Positions 1-9,998 of a stretch of 64,000 nt of DNA are shown here, piece after piece (the stretch's first letter is position 1; the number at the start of each line of letters is the position of its first letter). The notes under the pieces are model-generated. The model worked only from the letters and a program-made list of their open reading frames with translations, ran no database searches and was not told the origin of the DNA. Both the position numbers and the translations under genes were made by a program. The DNA is from Cyanidioschyzon merolae (Eukaryota): the NCBI GenBank assembly GCA_000091205.1, contig AP006500.2. One strand, 5' to 3'.

Positions 1-3000
1 CGCCCATTCGTTCCAGGACGCATCTGCTGACGCTCGCTCTGCCATGGAACGCATATGCACATCGCTCATCGGCATACTGCGCTGCGAATCAGAGGCACGG
101 CATGTACGCCGCTGCATCGCGCTTGCGCTGCCGATACTGGAATCGCCACGCGCTGAACCGATACCGCGCAGCGCCTGACACAGCGCCCCGTACTCCGGAA
201 GCAACGCGCATCGCAACGGGGCCTGCAACCATCGCAAGCATACCGCATGGCCATACAGGACATGCTCCGGAACAAGCGACCAACCCGAACGAACGTATTG
301 TCGGCAGCGCTTGACAAGCAGGCTCCGGTCCGGGACGCCAGCTGCTCCCGCTTCAACCATGCGAAAGAGTCGTTCCTCCAGAGACGCCCCCAGGGATGCG
401 ACGCTGGAGCAACACCAACGCTCCAGTCGCTGCAAAGGCGTCTGTCTCTGTGCCCTTGGCATCCTAGACGCAGCTGCACCGACCCAATGCTGGAGAAGCA
501 CCAGATCACCCACCCAGAGCGTATGTCGATGTCGATGTCGATGACGCTGGCATGCCGTCTGCAGCACGCTACCCCGACGCACGGCATCCAGCGCATCAAC
601 CAGCAACAGCCACAGCTCCGTGCAATCCGCCTCCAGGCACAGGTCTAGTGCAGCGCGCCAAAAGGCGATCTCCTGATCATCACCAACGACGTTTCCTGCG
701 GTCGATGCCTGCACGCATGGGACACGTGTCCCGAATGGAGGCCATGCGTGCGCCGACGATGCGTGCATCCCCATGCTCGCAGTTCGTGCGCTGGATACCC
801 GCCATGCTTCCTCACCAGTACTTGTTGTGAAAGCGTCTTCCGTCGATGGGGAACGGTGTATGCCTTCTGTGGCGAGGTTAGGCGCGACGGTATCATCAGA
901 CGCAGCGGGTATCGGGTTTGATGCGTTGCTCCAAGGCGAGCCCGGAAACGCAAGGCCGTAACGAAAAAGCGCGGAAAGCACTGGGTCAGTCGCAAACAAC
1001 TGCATCCAGTCGGCGCTGGGGGCCTTAGCAAGGTAGCGCAGCGGTAGCGAACGACATGTGAGGCCCTTCACCCCGTGAGGATCCCGCAGATACGATAAAT
1101 GGCCGGCGTGACGTCGCACGTACACTACGTAGGCCAAATAGGTATTTGCAAGGGGCTCTATTTCTCGCAGAGCTTCCGCGCTCAGCGAAACTGACCAGTA
1201 GCGCGGAGAGCGGATCACGAGCTCGTGCCAGCTATCCAAGGCCGGTAGCAAACACGGCGTCCAGTCTCGATAACGAACCGGGACGGCGTTCGATGTTCCG
1301 GTGCTGGTGCTGGAGACCATCATGACCTCCACCGGCACCGGGCAAGGTGTACGAGTGTCGGCGTCGAGCGTCACAAAGCAGCGCGCTTCTGCTGCCAGCA
1401 CGTACAAGTGACGGAGCGCCTGCAGGTGGTACTGGTTATCGCTAGGCGCGGCTGGATATCGAGGATACAGCGCTGCCAACAGGAGCGCCGTCTGCAGACG
1501 ATGACAACTACTGAGCGCCACTGTTCCACCGCCCAGGAACACAAGACCTAGCGCCAAATGCCGAGCTAGGTGGTTTCCATAGGTTTCACCGCTTGTCGTC
1601 CGAGACAAGGTCGACGGCCGCGTCGCGCCTGCCATTCCACTGGACGTCAACCCAGCGACAATTCCAGTGGCACCTCGTCGACAGAGCAGCCGTCGCAAGC
1701 GCCGATATACAGAGTGCGTTCCGTGACCCGCGCACACCACGGCCATAGCAATGCTCAGGTTATCAATGCAAGCGAGAAGCCACGGCGCTGCGGAACTGTT
1801 GGCACTAGCTGTGTAGCGGAGGTCCACCAGGTCGAGCAGCTTTTCCAGGATGCGTCTCGCTTGCGGATGAGCGGTACCTGCCAGTTTCAGGGCCATCGCC
1901 AATGCCTGTCCCGTCAAGGCCAGAAGCATGTAGAGCCGCACGACAGCAGGGCGCTGAGGCGCTCCGCTGCCCAGCAAATCCGCCGAGCTGCGCGCTGCAG
2001 ACTCGATCTGCTCGGTTTCCGCTGGCACCACAGGATCGTTGGCAACGGCCACATACCACCGGCTGATCCGGCTTGTACCGGCTCCTGTGGCGAGGCCCTG
2101 TGAACGAAGCGTCGAATTCTCCTCCCGAGGCTGATCGCCACGGTGCGCAGCTTCTCGATTTCTGTCCGCTTGCCACTGGGCAGCCAATGGTGCCGGCAAC
2201 TCAGAGAGCATCCAGTCCCAACTGGGACTCATCGCGTCCCAGCGAATGAGTGCTGCTGCAAGCGAGCGCAGCAGCACCAGTTCCGGGCGTAGCAGCCACA
2301 AGGCTCGCTGCCCACTGCGCGGCGGACCCAGTTTTCGGGCCATGGCCTCATCGTTGCTGCGCAGGTACCAGACTGTCAGGGCCATCAGGGCACCCACAGC
2401 AGCAGCAGAAGCATCACTGGGGATACGCTCGGGATCGAGCAGCGCCTGCGGGCCGCTATCCACGGCGGGCATGCTACTCGTTGTGATTCCCGCGCGGAAT
2501 AATGATGATGTGGAAAATGATGATGATATTGATAATGATGGTGATGATGCTCTACCTTGTTCTGTTTCTCCTTCTGCTCCGATGCGCACCGATGACCACG
2601 AGTCGTCCGCTTCAAGACCACTACGGCTTTCTAGACGAGCGCCACGCCCTAGTGTCCCGGTTACCGAATCGTATCCAGCTCGAGTTGGCAACCTCGTGGT
2701 TGCATACGATGCACCATCATCATCACCATTATTATAGTCGTCGTCGTCTTCATTCCCGAGCGCTGTTGGCGCTCCACCTGGAACATTCGCTTGCAACCGC
2801 GTCGTCGTCGCACCCAATGCTCCATCCGTTAGACCACTCGCAAGAACACCAGGAACATCATGTGGAACAGGCGCATTAGCAGTAGCAGCATGCGTACCGG
2901 GAGCAGCGTTCGTTTCCCCATGAACAGTACCAGCAGTACCACTACGCCTTTCACGACGGGCGACAGGACGACGCTCCTCACGAGCGGGCAATTTAGCCGA

Positions 3001-6000
3001 GCTCAAACGCATTGGTGCATCGTCTGCATCACCGGCACCGGTACGCGTCACTAGTGCCACCAGACTGCCAACATAGCGTCGAGCGGCTGTCGCGGGACCT
3101 GTCACCATGTCGCTGACGTTCGCTCCTGTTGCAGCGCTGCGCTGTTCGCTTGCAGCCTCTGGCAAGCCCACCAGTCCGAGTGCCAGTCCAGCGGCCAGCG
3201 CATGCGCCTCACGGTCGCGACGGACACTCCAGGGCCAACCGCTGGTATTGTTGGTGTTGCTGGTGCCGGCTGCCGAGCCTGCGAAACCGCCACTCGCTGC
3301 CATCACTCCGGCACCAAGAGAACCGGTAGCAGGTGCAGCTGCACCTGTCGAAGCCGCAGCAGCAATGGAGGATGCCATCGCCACACCGGCTCCGTCGCAG
3401 AGTTCCACAAACAAACCCTCGAGGATAGCTTTGCGTCCACTGCAGGCAAACACAAGACCCATTGCCAACACTGCAGCGCTCTGAACCGCTGGTGATACAT
3501 CCCAGTCGGGTTGTGCAAATCCGGTAGGATTGAAGGCGCGAATATGCAGACCCGCCAGACGCGCAACCAACGCGTGCGCCGTGCCGCCGTACGAAGCCCC
3601 GAGTCCCAACAACAACGCGATGCTCGTCAGCTCATGTCGAGGTAACAGGTACGCATACCAGTCGGTAACCTGAAGCTGCCGCAAATGCCCGTGCAGACCC
3701 AGAGCCAAAACGAGTCCAGCGTGCGACGCAGTTGGTCGACTCGGCTTCTGTTGACGGATCCAGGCGCGAGTCACAGGGACCTGGGCGGTAAACGCCAGCT
3801 CCTGCTGCGCTGGCACACCACTCCGGGTCGCTGACGAGCCCCCAGATGCCTCGGGCGCGCCAGGGACTAGTCGACCGCGGATCCAGGTCGGAAAGCGAGT
3901 GCTGCTCGGCCGCAACCGCAGACCTGCTGCTACAGCGTTGTGGAACGCGCCCCATTCAAAGTAAGCAGCTGGTAGTACGCTAGCATCCAACTGGATGGGC
4001 GTCGATCGCTGCGGCAGTCGTCCGGAGAGCACCAACGGTGGCACCAGCAGCGTCTTGGTAGAGTCATCCACTGTTCCTGTCCAGGCGGTGAAAGCGCCTC
4101 GACCTATCGGGGCGGCGAGCGTGCGCTGTGCACTGGCAAAGAGCTGTGCTTGCACCTCGGATGGGGACAATAATGGCGACGACGACGACGACCCCAGTGT
4201 TGTTGTTTCGGTTGTTGCTGCAGTCGCTGCTGGATCAGGGTCGGTGAGCAACACGGGCACTGCCGAACGCAGCAGACGCTGGACTTGCCAGAGTCGTCGA
4301 TCAGCGCGAAACCGCAACCAGGGTATGATGCTGGTTAGTTCACAGCCATCGAGGTGATTCGGATGGACGACACCACGACCTCCCTGTTGTCGTCGTCGTC
4401 GTCGTCGACAACGGCGATCGTGATGATGATGGTGATAATCGTAGCGCTGCGGGATGGCATGCGTCGCAGCACTAGTTCCGGCAGCAGACGGGAACGAGCG
4501 TTCACGAGAGGGCCCAGGATCCGCCCTGAACAGCGCTACTGAATTGCCGTCGTCATCGACATCTTCATCATCGATGCCATCGTCATCGTCATCGATGTCG
4601 ATGTCGTCATCGTCGAGGAACAGCGCCCCTTCGACATCATCATCGTCATCATCGTCATCAGTGCCGTGGTGGTGGCGACGGTGGTGGTGTTCCGGATGCT
4701 TCGCTATAGCCAGCGCGGATGCAGAGCTCGACGGCATCCAGGCACGAAGAGGAGCAGCACCATTCGAGCTGCTTTTGGTGAAGGAGGAGGCAGCAACGCG
4801 CCCGGGTCCAGCGCTGGATGCATACAGGTCGCTCGTCACCTGAGCAGCAAAGCGCTCAACGGAAGGATTCAGCCACAGTCGAGAGGTGATGTTTGTTCCG
4901 AGCGCTTCACGGGACGCTGCCCCGCTCGCACGAGTCGCGCTGAACCAGGTAGCTCCCTGGACACTGCCGGAGCCCGCTCCAGTAGGCGAAAGGCCGCTCT
5001 GGAGGCGCAGCATCGCCATCTCTGGTTCGGGGAGCGCTGGGAGCCATCCCGCTACAGCTGCAGCACTAGAAACCACGCCAGCTGCCGCCAGCTCTGAATC
5101 AGCATCCGAATTGCCGGCACCAGGATGCACTTGTGGAGCGGGCTCGGAGCGCAGCCCCGCTAAAGCGTGTTGCAGCGGCAGTGCGATGCCCACTGGTAAG
5201 CGAGCGAGCGTACGCGCGTCAAGACGTATTCCCTCCTGGTGAAGGCTAACCAGTCCAGCGTCACAGGGATGCTGTAGCGGTACGGAAACCTCTGGTATAG
5301 CAGACTGCTCTGCTACAATCGTCTCGGTCGTGGAGTCCAGAGCAGCGGTTCCCACTGGACCAACACCAGCGTGCGCCGGCGACAGCTCAGTTGACGCTCC
5401 TGTGGATTCACCGGATGACGTCGATTGTTGACAGTGCTCTAGACGCTCGAAAAAAGTGACAAGTTGCGCAAGTCGAGCGACTGGATTCGGGAACTCATCT
5501 GGATGCCGGTCGTTCACGAACTCGCGCACCAGCGGTGCATCCAGTGGATGTCGCTCTGCAGAAAGACCAGAGGGAGCAGTGGAAAGCGTAGAAGCAAACG
5601 CGGCGGGAAACTGCGCCAGCATGTCCTTCGCGGGCCTGCAGCACGCTCTATCTGTTTTGTATATGCCCAGTAGTAATGGCAAACGATCCTGCAACCAGTC
5701 AAAGATGTTCAACGGTGCTTCCGAATCATCGGTGAGATATAAAGACGACTCCACGCGCTGCTGATTGCTCTGCTGATCGCTAATGCTGGCTACTTCCGCA
5801 TCCACCGGGAGGTGCAAAGACGTTTCCGCACCTTGTCCATTGTGCTGGTGATCGCATATCCGAGCTTCTTCCGGATCAGCGGTGCTGCTCCTTTCACTAG
5901 CCTTGTCCAGAGAGCGTGAATGTCGAAGCAAACTGGATGCTTCCAAGGACTCATCGCTTGAAGCAGGGTGCAATGTTCCCGAAGAAACACTCGAACGCTC

Positions 6001-8739
6001 ACATGATTCCGGCATATCGCGTTGATAGTACTCCCAGTAACGTAGAGCGTTTGCCGCTAGTGCCACTTTTTTCAGGAAATGATTCACGGACAGCAACGCT
6101 TGCCAATAGATTTGGTCGAGCTTGAATGCTTCGTAGAGGGTATGAAACGCCACCAGCAGCGATTTCCATGGAACTGTTTCAGGGAGCTGCGCACCAGCGT
6201 ACTGTAGCTCACAGCGTAGGCGTAGCAGACACTCGCCCGAAGCAGTACCGCTAGGTTCTGGTCCCGTTTCCCAGCAGAATGGGCAGCCTTTGACGCGCTC
6301 TGCACGTCTTGTCGTAACGACAGATGAGCCTTGCATTGGTGTTCCGCGGTAGCATCGCGAACAAGGTTGTTCCCTTGTCCTTGCATCGCAGGCAGCACGT
6401 CCAGTCGAAGGTGCCTCGGCGGCGGCGGCAGCAGCAGCAGCAGCAGCAGCAGTTGTAGTTGTAGCGGTCTCTGGCGTGCACTTGGCTGCATCGCTTCTAG
6501 TTGCTGTTGATGCTTTTGCTGTTCGTTGTTCTGTACTAACGCGCTCGTCACCGCGGTGACTTGCCGCCGACGAGCACGACCGCTCGCTGCCTCGCGTCCA
6601 GGGCGCCGACTGTGTCGCCAGTCGGAGTGGCGACAATGAAAGTTGACCTTGTGAATCGTGGATCGCTTCAGAGGCGCTCCCCGTGGCTATATGTTCGCGT
6701 TCAGGGACCAGTGACGAGTGCATCTCGTCGAAAGCGCTTGCCGAAATGTCCCAAAGCCAGCCGGGAAGTACGCCAGGCGCTGGTCGCGCGCTTGCCTTTA
6801 AAATACTTGTCTTTGGCGAGGACAAGTCCGGCACGCTTCGCCAGTGACTTGCGTCGGTGGGTGCAGCGCCACCGCTTGCCCGCTGTCCAGCATTACGACA
6901 ACTGCTGCTGCTGCTGCTGCTGCTGCTGCAAAACGTTCCCCGTTCTGGATAGCGCTGATGCATCCACTGGTGTCGATGAGGTTGCTGCAGAGCCCGCCAA
7001 AACGCATCCAATTGTTTTTCAAGTTCGTTTGAAGCGGTGCCTTGCGTCTCGGCAGCTTGGGGCCTCCAGACCTCCTCGATGAACGCCAGATAGATTTGCA
7101 TACTGACTGCCGCAGGCAGCGTTCTTCGACAAGCGCCCCAGAGCTGGTGCATAATCGGAAGCGGCTCACGGAGTAGACGACTCAAACAGACCCGATACTG
7201 TTGGCCATCTGCGAGCGTTAACGTGAAACGACACTTCACTGCATTGGCGAGCCAGACTGGTGCAGCTGTCTTACCGAGCAGCCGCAGATACCCGACGGGT
7301 TCAGCACCGAACTGGAGACGCAGTCGCGGCTTGGGCGTTCCCCCAAGGAGGACGAGCAGATCCAACATGCCGGGTCGCAAAGCCTCGACCGCCGCCATTG
7401 CCTGCACGCCACGTTGAACAAAGACAAGCTCCGCGCTCTTCATCAACCGCGGCTGTGCTGGCGTTGAAAAGAGCTCCAAGCCACGCAGCGTCTCACCAAT
7501 GAGCAGACACAGCAACGGTGAAATGTGCACGCCTCTTCCTCCGGCACCTGACCAGGGATGTGCGAAGCAGGCCGCTCGAAACGTATCGTTGGGGTCCACC
7601 AGACCCTGTTCCCAGACCAAAGCCAGTTGGACCGGCCCGCTATCGAACGTTGTATCGTTCTGCGTATCTCCGGTTGTTCGATCCTGCAGAAGATACACCC
7701 GAATGGTGTGGTGCTCGGTCGGCGACGACCTCGACGTTCCGTGACAGCGTTGCGTTACCAGCACTGGATAGCGAGCGTCCGTGAAAACAATGCGTTCCTG
7801 GATCTCGAGTTCTTCCAGTTCGTACGGCTCATTCAACGGATGCCACAGCACCAGTTTGCGTCCATCGGCGAGGGCAACTACCAGACCTCGCGGTAGCGCA
7901 TGAAGCGCCAGTATGACGGCACGAGCGGTCGGCATTGCTTCCATCATCATGGTCGTCATTGGAGGATACAAGCGACTGGAACTTGAGCCAGTCAACCTTT
8001 GGGTGCTCTCTCGCTGGACCCCGGTGAGCAGCGTTGACGTCTGCTCTGAAACTGCGGACTTGTGCAAGCCGCTCGGCAGACTCGCAACGCCACGTCGTGG
8101 ACCGCCTTGACTGAAGCTGTTCGAACCACCCTTCGCGACAAATGAGACACTATGCATCCTTCCGTCCTGCCAGTTGAATACTTGAAGTAGGCGACCAGCA
8201 TCCTGAACCGAGCACCAGCCGACAAAGGAGCGTGCGCCCTCCGCATCGGCTGCTGGTTGCCAAAGTGACCGCCCCGATCCAGGAGGTAGCTCCTCCGCCG
8301 AGGCGTCGCAAAAGTTCGCAAAAGCAGCCCACGCATGCATAGGTCCGAGCCGATCCCCGGCACTTGTCGGTACGTCGGAGCAGCACACTGCACATGCTGG
8401 GAAGCTTTGGGCTCCTCGCCGTACCGCGAACGCCTCGGCGTCCGTTTCGAACCAGGTATATCGAACGAGATCCGCAGATCGCCACTGTAAAGCCCAGGTC
8501 AAGTCCTTGGAAGCGTCGCCACCTCGGCTACGCTGTTTTGGATGCCAAACAAGCGCCTCTTCCGGTGCGCAGAGGAGGTTCTCCGAGTGGCCGCCTCGCG
8601 AGCTGCAGGAAAAGAACCAGACGCGGTCTGCGATGCCGTGCTGGTCCACCAAACGATAGAGGTAGTCACGATCGCTCCCCTGAGACAGTTCCAGGCAACC
8701 AGAGGCAGTGACGGACACAGGAATAGTCACATTCGCCAT
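1..8739 (-). CDS. Giant protein, partial (C-terminus beyond window start). Continuous minus-strand reading frame from ~9075 down to 1 with no stop (>=3000 codons). First in-frame ATG ~8739. Contains acidic/His/Ser/Ala homopolymer tracts and Gly-rich hydrophobic PC-repeat-like segments (…HLARHLALGLVFLGGGTVAL…, …AAVLAMGLVFACSGRKA…) reminiscent of APC1/Rpn2-type proteins.
   Basis: Manual translation of the minus strand in the frame with codon starts at positions equal to 0 mod 3 gave no stop over ~150 consecutive 60-nt lines. The first in-frame stop upstream (TAA on the minus strand) is at ~9076-9078. The six-frame track has no minus-strand ORF in this frame anywhere below 9075, consistent with an ORF excluded for lacking a stop inside the window. 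A 9-kb stop-free frame is not expected by chance even in GC-rich DNA. The APC1-like assignment rests only on remembered PC-repeat character. Confidence 0.55.
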   Translation of the reverse strand, partial: MANVTIPVSVTASGCLELSQGSDRDYLYRLVDQHGIADRVWFFSCSSRGGHSENLLCAPEEALVWHPKQRSRGGDASKDLTWALQWRSADLVRYTWFETDAEAFAVRRGAQSFPACAVCCSDVPTSAGDRLGPMHAWAAFANFCDASAEELPPGSGRSLWQPAADAEGARSFVGWCSVQDAGRLLQVFNWQDGRMHSVSFVAKGGSNSFSQGGPRRGVASLPSGLHKSAVSEQTSTLLTGVQRESTQRLTGSSSSRLYPPMTTMMMEAMPTARAVILALHALPRGLVVALADGRKLVLWHPLNEPYELEELEIQERIVFTDARYPVLVTQRCHGTSRSSPTEHHTIRVYLLQDRTTGDTQNDTTFDSGPVQLALVWEQGLVDPNDTFRAACFAHPWSGAGGRGVHISPLLCLLIGETLRGLELFSTPAQPRLMKSAELVFVQRGVQAMAAVEALRPGMLDLLVLLGGTPKPRLRLQFGAEPVGYLRLLGKTAAPVWLANAVKCRFTLTLADGQQYRVCLSRLLREPLPIMHQLWGACRRTLPAAVSMQIYLAFIEEVWRPQAAETQGTASNELEKQLDAFWRALQQPHRHQWMHQRYPERGTFCSSSSSSSSSCRNAGQRASGGAAPTDASHWRSVPDLSSPKTSILKASARPAPGVLPGWLWDISASAFDEMHSSLVPEREHIATGSASEAIHDSQGQLSLSPLRLATQSAPWTRGSERSCSSAASHRGDERVSTEQRTAKASTATRSDAAKCTPETATTTTAAAAAAAAAAAEAPSTGRAACDARTREQPCSRCYRGTPMQGSSVVTTRRAERVKGCPFCWETGPEPSGTASGECLLRLRCELQYAGAQLPETVPWKSLLVAFHTLYEAFKLDQIYWQALLSVNHFLKKVALAANALRYWEYYQRDMPESCERSSVSSGTLHPASSDESLEASSLLRHSRSLDKASERSSTADPEEARICDHQHNGQGAETSLHLPVDAEVASISDQQSNQQRVESSLYLTDDSEAPLNIFDWLQDRLPLLLGIYKTDRACCRPAKDMLAQFPAAFASTLSTAPSGLSAERHPLDAPLVREFVNDRHPDEFPNPVARLAQLVTFFERLEHCQQSTSSGESTGASTELSPAHAGVGPVGTAALDSTTETIVAEQSAIPEVSVPLQHPCDAGLVSLHQEGIRLDARTLARLPVGIALPLQHALAGLRSEPAPQVHPGAGNSDADSELAAAGVVSSAAAVAGWLPALPEPEMAMLRLQSGLSPTGAGSGSVQGATWFSATRASGAASREALGTNITSRLWLNPSVERFAAQVTSDLYASSAGPGRVAASSFTKSSSNGAAPLRAWMPSSSASALAIAKHPEHHHRRHHHGTDDDDDDDDVEGALFLDDDDIDIDDDDDGIDDEDVDDDGNSVALFRADPGPSRERSFPSAAGTSAATHAIPQRYDYHHHHHDRRCRRRRRRQQGGRGVVHPNHLDGCELTSIIPWLRFRADRRLWQVQRLLRSAVPVLLTDPDPAATAATTETTTLGSSSSSPLLSPSEVQAQLFASAQRTLAAPIGRGAFTAWTGTVDDSTKTLLVPPLVLSGRLPQRSTPIQLDASVLPAAYFEWGAFHNAVAAGLRLRPSSTRFPTWIRGRLVPGAPEASGGSSATRSGVPAQQELAFTAQVPVTRAWIRQQKPSRPTASHAGLVLALGLHGHLRQLQVTDWYAYLLPRHELTSIALLLGLGASYGGTAHALVARLAGLHIRAFNPTGFAQPDWDVSPAVQSAAVLAMGLVFACSGRKAILEGLFVELCDGAGVAMASSIAAAASTGAAAPATGSLGAGVMAASGGFAGSAAGTSNTNNTSGWPWSVRRDREAHALAAGLALGLVGLPEAASEQRSAATGANVSDMVTGPATAARRYVGSLVALVTRTGAGDADDAPMRLSSAKLPAREERRPVARRERRSGTAGTVHGETNAAPGTHAATANAPVPHDVPGVLASGLTDGALGATTTRLQANVPGGAPTALGNEDDDDYNNGDDDGASYATTRLPTRAGYDSVTGTLGRGARLESRSGLEADDSWSSVRIGAEGETEQGRASSPSLSISSSFSTSSLFRAGITTSSMPAVDSGPQALLDPERIPSDASAAAVGALMALTVWYLRSNDEAMARKLGPPRSGQRALWLLRPELVLLRSLAAALIRWDAMSPSWDWMLSELPAPLAAQWQADRNREAAHRGDQPREENSTLRSQGLATGAGTSRISRWYVAVANDPVVPAETEQIESAARSSADLLGSGAPQRPAVVRLYMLLALTGQALAMALKLAGTAHPQARRILEKLLDLVDLRYTASANSSAAPWLLACIDNLSIAMAVVCAGHGTHSVYRRLRRLLCRRGATGIVAGLTSSGMAGATRPSTLSRTTSGETYGNHLARHLALGLVFLGGGTVALSSCHRLQTALLLAALYPRYPAAPSDNQYHLQALRHLYVLAAEARCFVTLDADTRTPCPVPVEVMMVSSTSTGTSNAVPVRYRDWTPCLLPALDSWHELVIRSPRYWSVSLSAEALREIEPLANTYLAYVVYVRRHAGHLSYLRDPHGVKGLTCRSLPLRYLAKAPSADWMQLFATDPVLSALFRYGLAFPGSPWSNASNPIPAASDDTVAPNLATEGIHRSPSTEDAFTTSTGEEAWRVSSARTASMGMHASSAHAWPPFGTRVPCVQASTAGNVVGDDQEIAFWRAALDLCLEADCTELWLLLVDALDAVRRGSVLQTACQRHRHRHRHTLWVGDLVLLQHWVGAAASRMPRAQRQTPLQRLERWCCSSVASLGASLEERLFRMVEAGAAGVPDRSLLVKRCRQYVRSGWSLVPEHVLYGHAVCLRWLQAPLRCALLPEYGALCQALRGIGSARGDSSIGSASAMQRRTCRASDSQRSMPMSDVHMRSMAERASADASWNEWA
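4380..4700. repeat. Imperfect GAY/CAY/CGN trinucleotide microsatellite block, coding within the giant minus-strand ORF (poly-Asp, poly-His and poly-Arg tracts)
   Basis: tcgtcgtcgtcg…, catcatcgtcatcatcg…, gatgtcgatgtcg… runs. The minus-strand translation gives DDDDIDIDDDDDGIDDED, HHHHHDRRCRRRRRRQQ and HHHRRHHHGTDDDDDDDD. Confidence 0.8.
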
Positions 8740-8984
8740 AAAGGCCGGCAGTGCAAGTCCAGCGCAGCGGTCCACCACGAAGAGCAGTTCTGTAGCAGAC
8801 TGGCGCCGCGCGTTACCGCCGCCAGTGGTGGTGCACGAGTCGCAACGACTCCAACGCGCGGGAAAACGGCTCGGAAGCGCTCGGTCATCAGCACAAAGCT
8901 TGTGTTGTGTGCCTGCGGGACTGGTCACCGATGAGCATGGTGCAGAGAACGAGGCTCCGGGAGCGCCTCCTGAGTGTTCTGTGG

Positions 8985-9998
8985 ATGCAGCGGACGAGCG
9001 CGGCTTGGAACGATCCAGCAGGAGCGCACAGGTCCTCAGGGACGCTCGTTGCGTCCAGTTTTCTACGAAGCGAGTTTAGGCGAAATGCTGGGACAAGCGC
9101 CACGACTTGCAGTGCGGGCAGTACAGTGCACACACAGAGGCACCGCTCTACGGACGGAGACAACCTACGCGTGAACTCCAGGAAACCGGTAGAGGTCACT
9201 GGGGAAGCGCTGCGGCTTGGGGCAGGCACACGCGCTTTCCCGGGAGCGGTTCACGCTTCTCTGCAGCAGGATCGTACTTTTTCTGCAGGCACGCAAGCGT
9301 CTTCCGCTGGTGGCTCGCAGACGCCTCGTGCAGTTGCCGGTGCAGCAGCGCCAACTGCTGCGAGCGACTCCGATGGTGGAGCTGCTGCTTCGGAGACAGC
9401 GCAAGGTACCACACGTGCCAAGTTTGAGCAACAACCGCTTCCGTCGTCAGCGCACAGTGTATCGGGACGAACACTCAGCGGCCTAGCGTATTTGAAAGCC
9501 CTTTGGGCTGAATATCCCAAGCGAGGCTTTTGGGGTACCCTGATGGCGATCCGTACCGGACGGGTGGGCATGTATGACACCTGCCTCGTTGGCATCGATG
9601 AGTTCGGAAACCGCTACTATGAAAATCGTGCAGCCAGCTACATGCGTGATCGCTGGTGTGAGTACAGGGACGGCAAAAACGCAGACCCAGTCTGTATACC
9701 GCCTGAGTGGCACGCGTGGCTCCACCATTTTGTGGATGATCCACCGGTGTCTGCAAACGACAAGTGGGTGCGTCCGTTGTTTGTGAAACCTCCGCATCCG
9801 AACTATTCCGGAACATCGCAGGCGTATGCGCCTCGGAATAGTCCCCGGAGCCCCGCGTACATTGGACATCTGGCGACTTCCGTGGTTGAGTCCTGGCAGG
9901 CGCAGACTACGCTACAGAGGCAGCGCAAGCCGCGGGCCTTAACTCCTGCCCGTGAAAAGACATCCCCAGAACCGGATCAGCGATTGGACTTGCCTTGA
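8985..9998 (+). CDS. NDUFA12: NADH dehydrogenase [ubiquinone] 1 alpha subcomplex subunit 12 (complex I B17.2/NDUFA12 family). Conserved domain in roughly 9480-9998, preceded by a long S/T/A/R-rich N-terminal region. Start codon uncertain.
   Basis: The C-terminal part of track ORF 8907..9998 reads …GTLMAIRTGRVGMYDTCLVGIDEFGNRYYEN…RWCEYRDG…PPEWHAWLHHFVDDPP…, matching the NDUFA12 signature (G.LVG.D.YGN.YYE … PEWH.WLH..D.PP). The ATG at 8985 was verified in the sequence. Upstream Ms of the track ORF overlap the 5' end of the divergent giant gene and are probably not coding. Confidence 0.75.
   Translation: MQRTSAAWNDPAGAHRSSGTLVASSFLRSEFRRNAGTSATTCSAGSTVHTQRHRSTDGDNLRVNSRKPVEVTGEALRLGAGTRAFPGAVHASLQQDRTFSAGTQASSAGGSQTPRAVAGAAAPTAASDSDGGAAASETAQGTTRAKFEQQPLPSSAHSVSGRTLSGLAYLKALWAEYPKRGFWGTLMAIRTGRVGMYDTCLVGIDEFGNRYYENRAASYMRDRWCEYRDGKNADPVCIPPEWHAWLHHFVDDPPVSANDKWVRPLFVKPPHPNYSGTSQAYAPRNSPRSPAYIGHLATSVVESWQAQTTLQRQRKPRALTPAREKTSPEPDQRLDLP

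Noticed and set aside
8907-8984. Using the track's first start (8907) for NDUFA12
   Set aside because: The upstream Met codons overlap the 5' region of the divergent giant gene and extend a non-conserved leader. 8985 or a later start is more plausible, but this is unresolved.
66-9229. The ~60 short ORFs (60-180 aa) listed by the track on both strands across the first 9 kb, for example 4666..5097(+), 6561..7082(+), 6084..6551(-) and 7992..8393(-)
   Set aside because: They lie in alternative frames or on the antisense strand of one continuous giant reading frame. Their translations are low-complexity, Arg/Ala/Pro-rich strings typical of out-of-frame GC-rich coding DNA.
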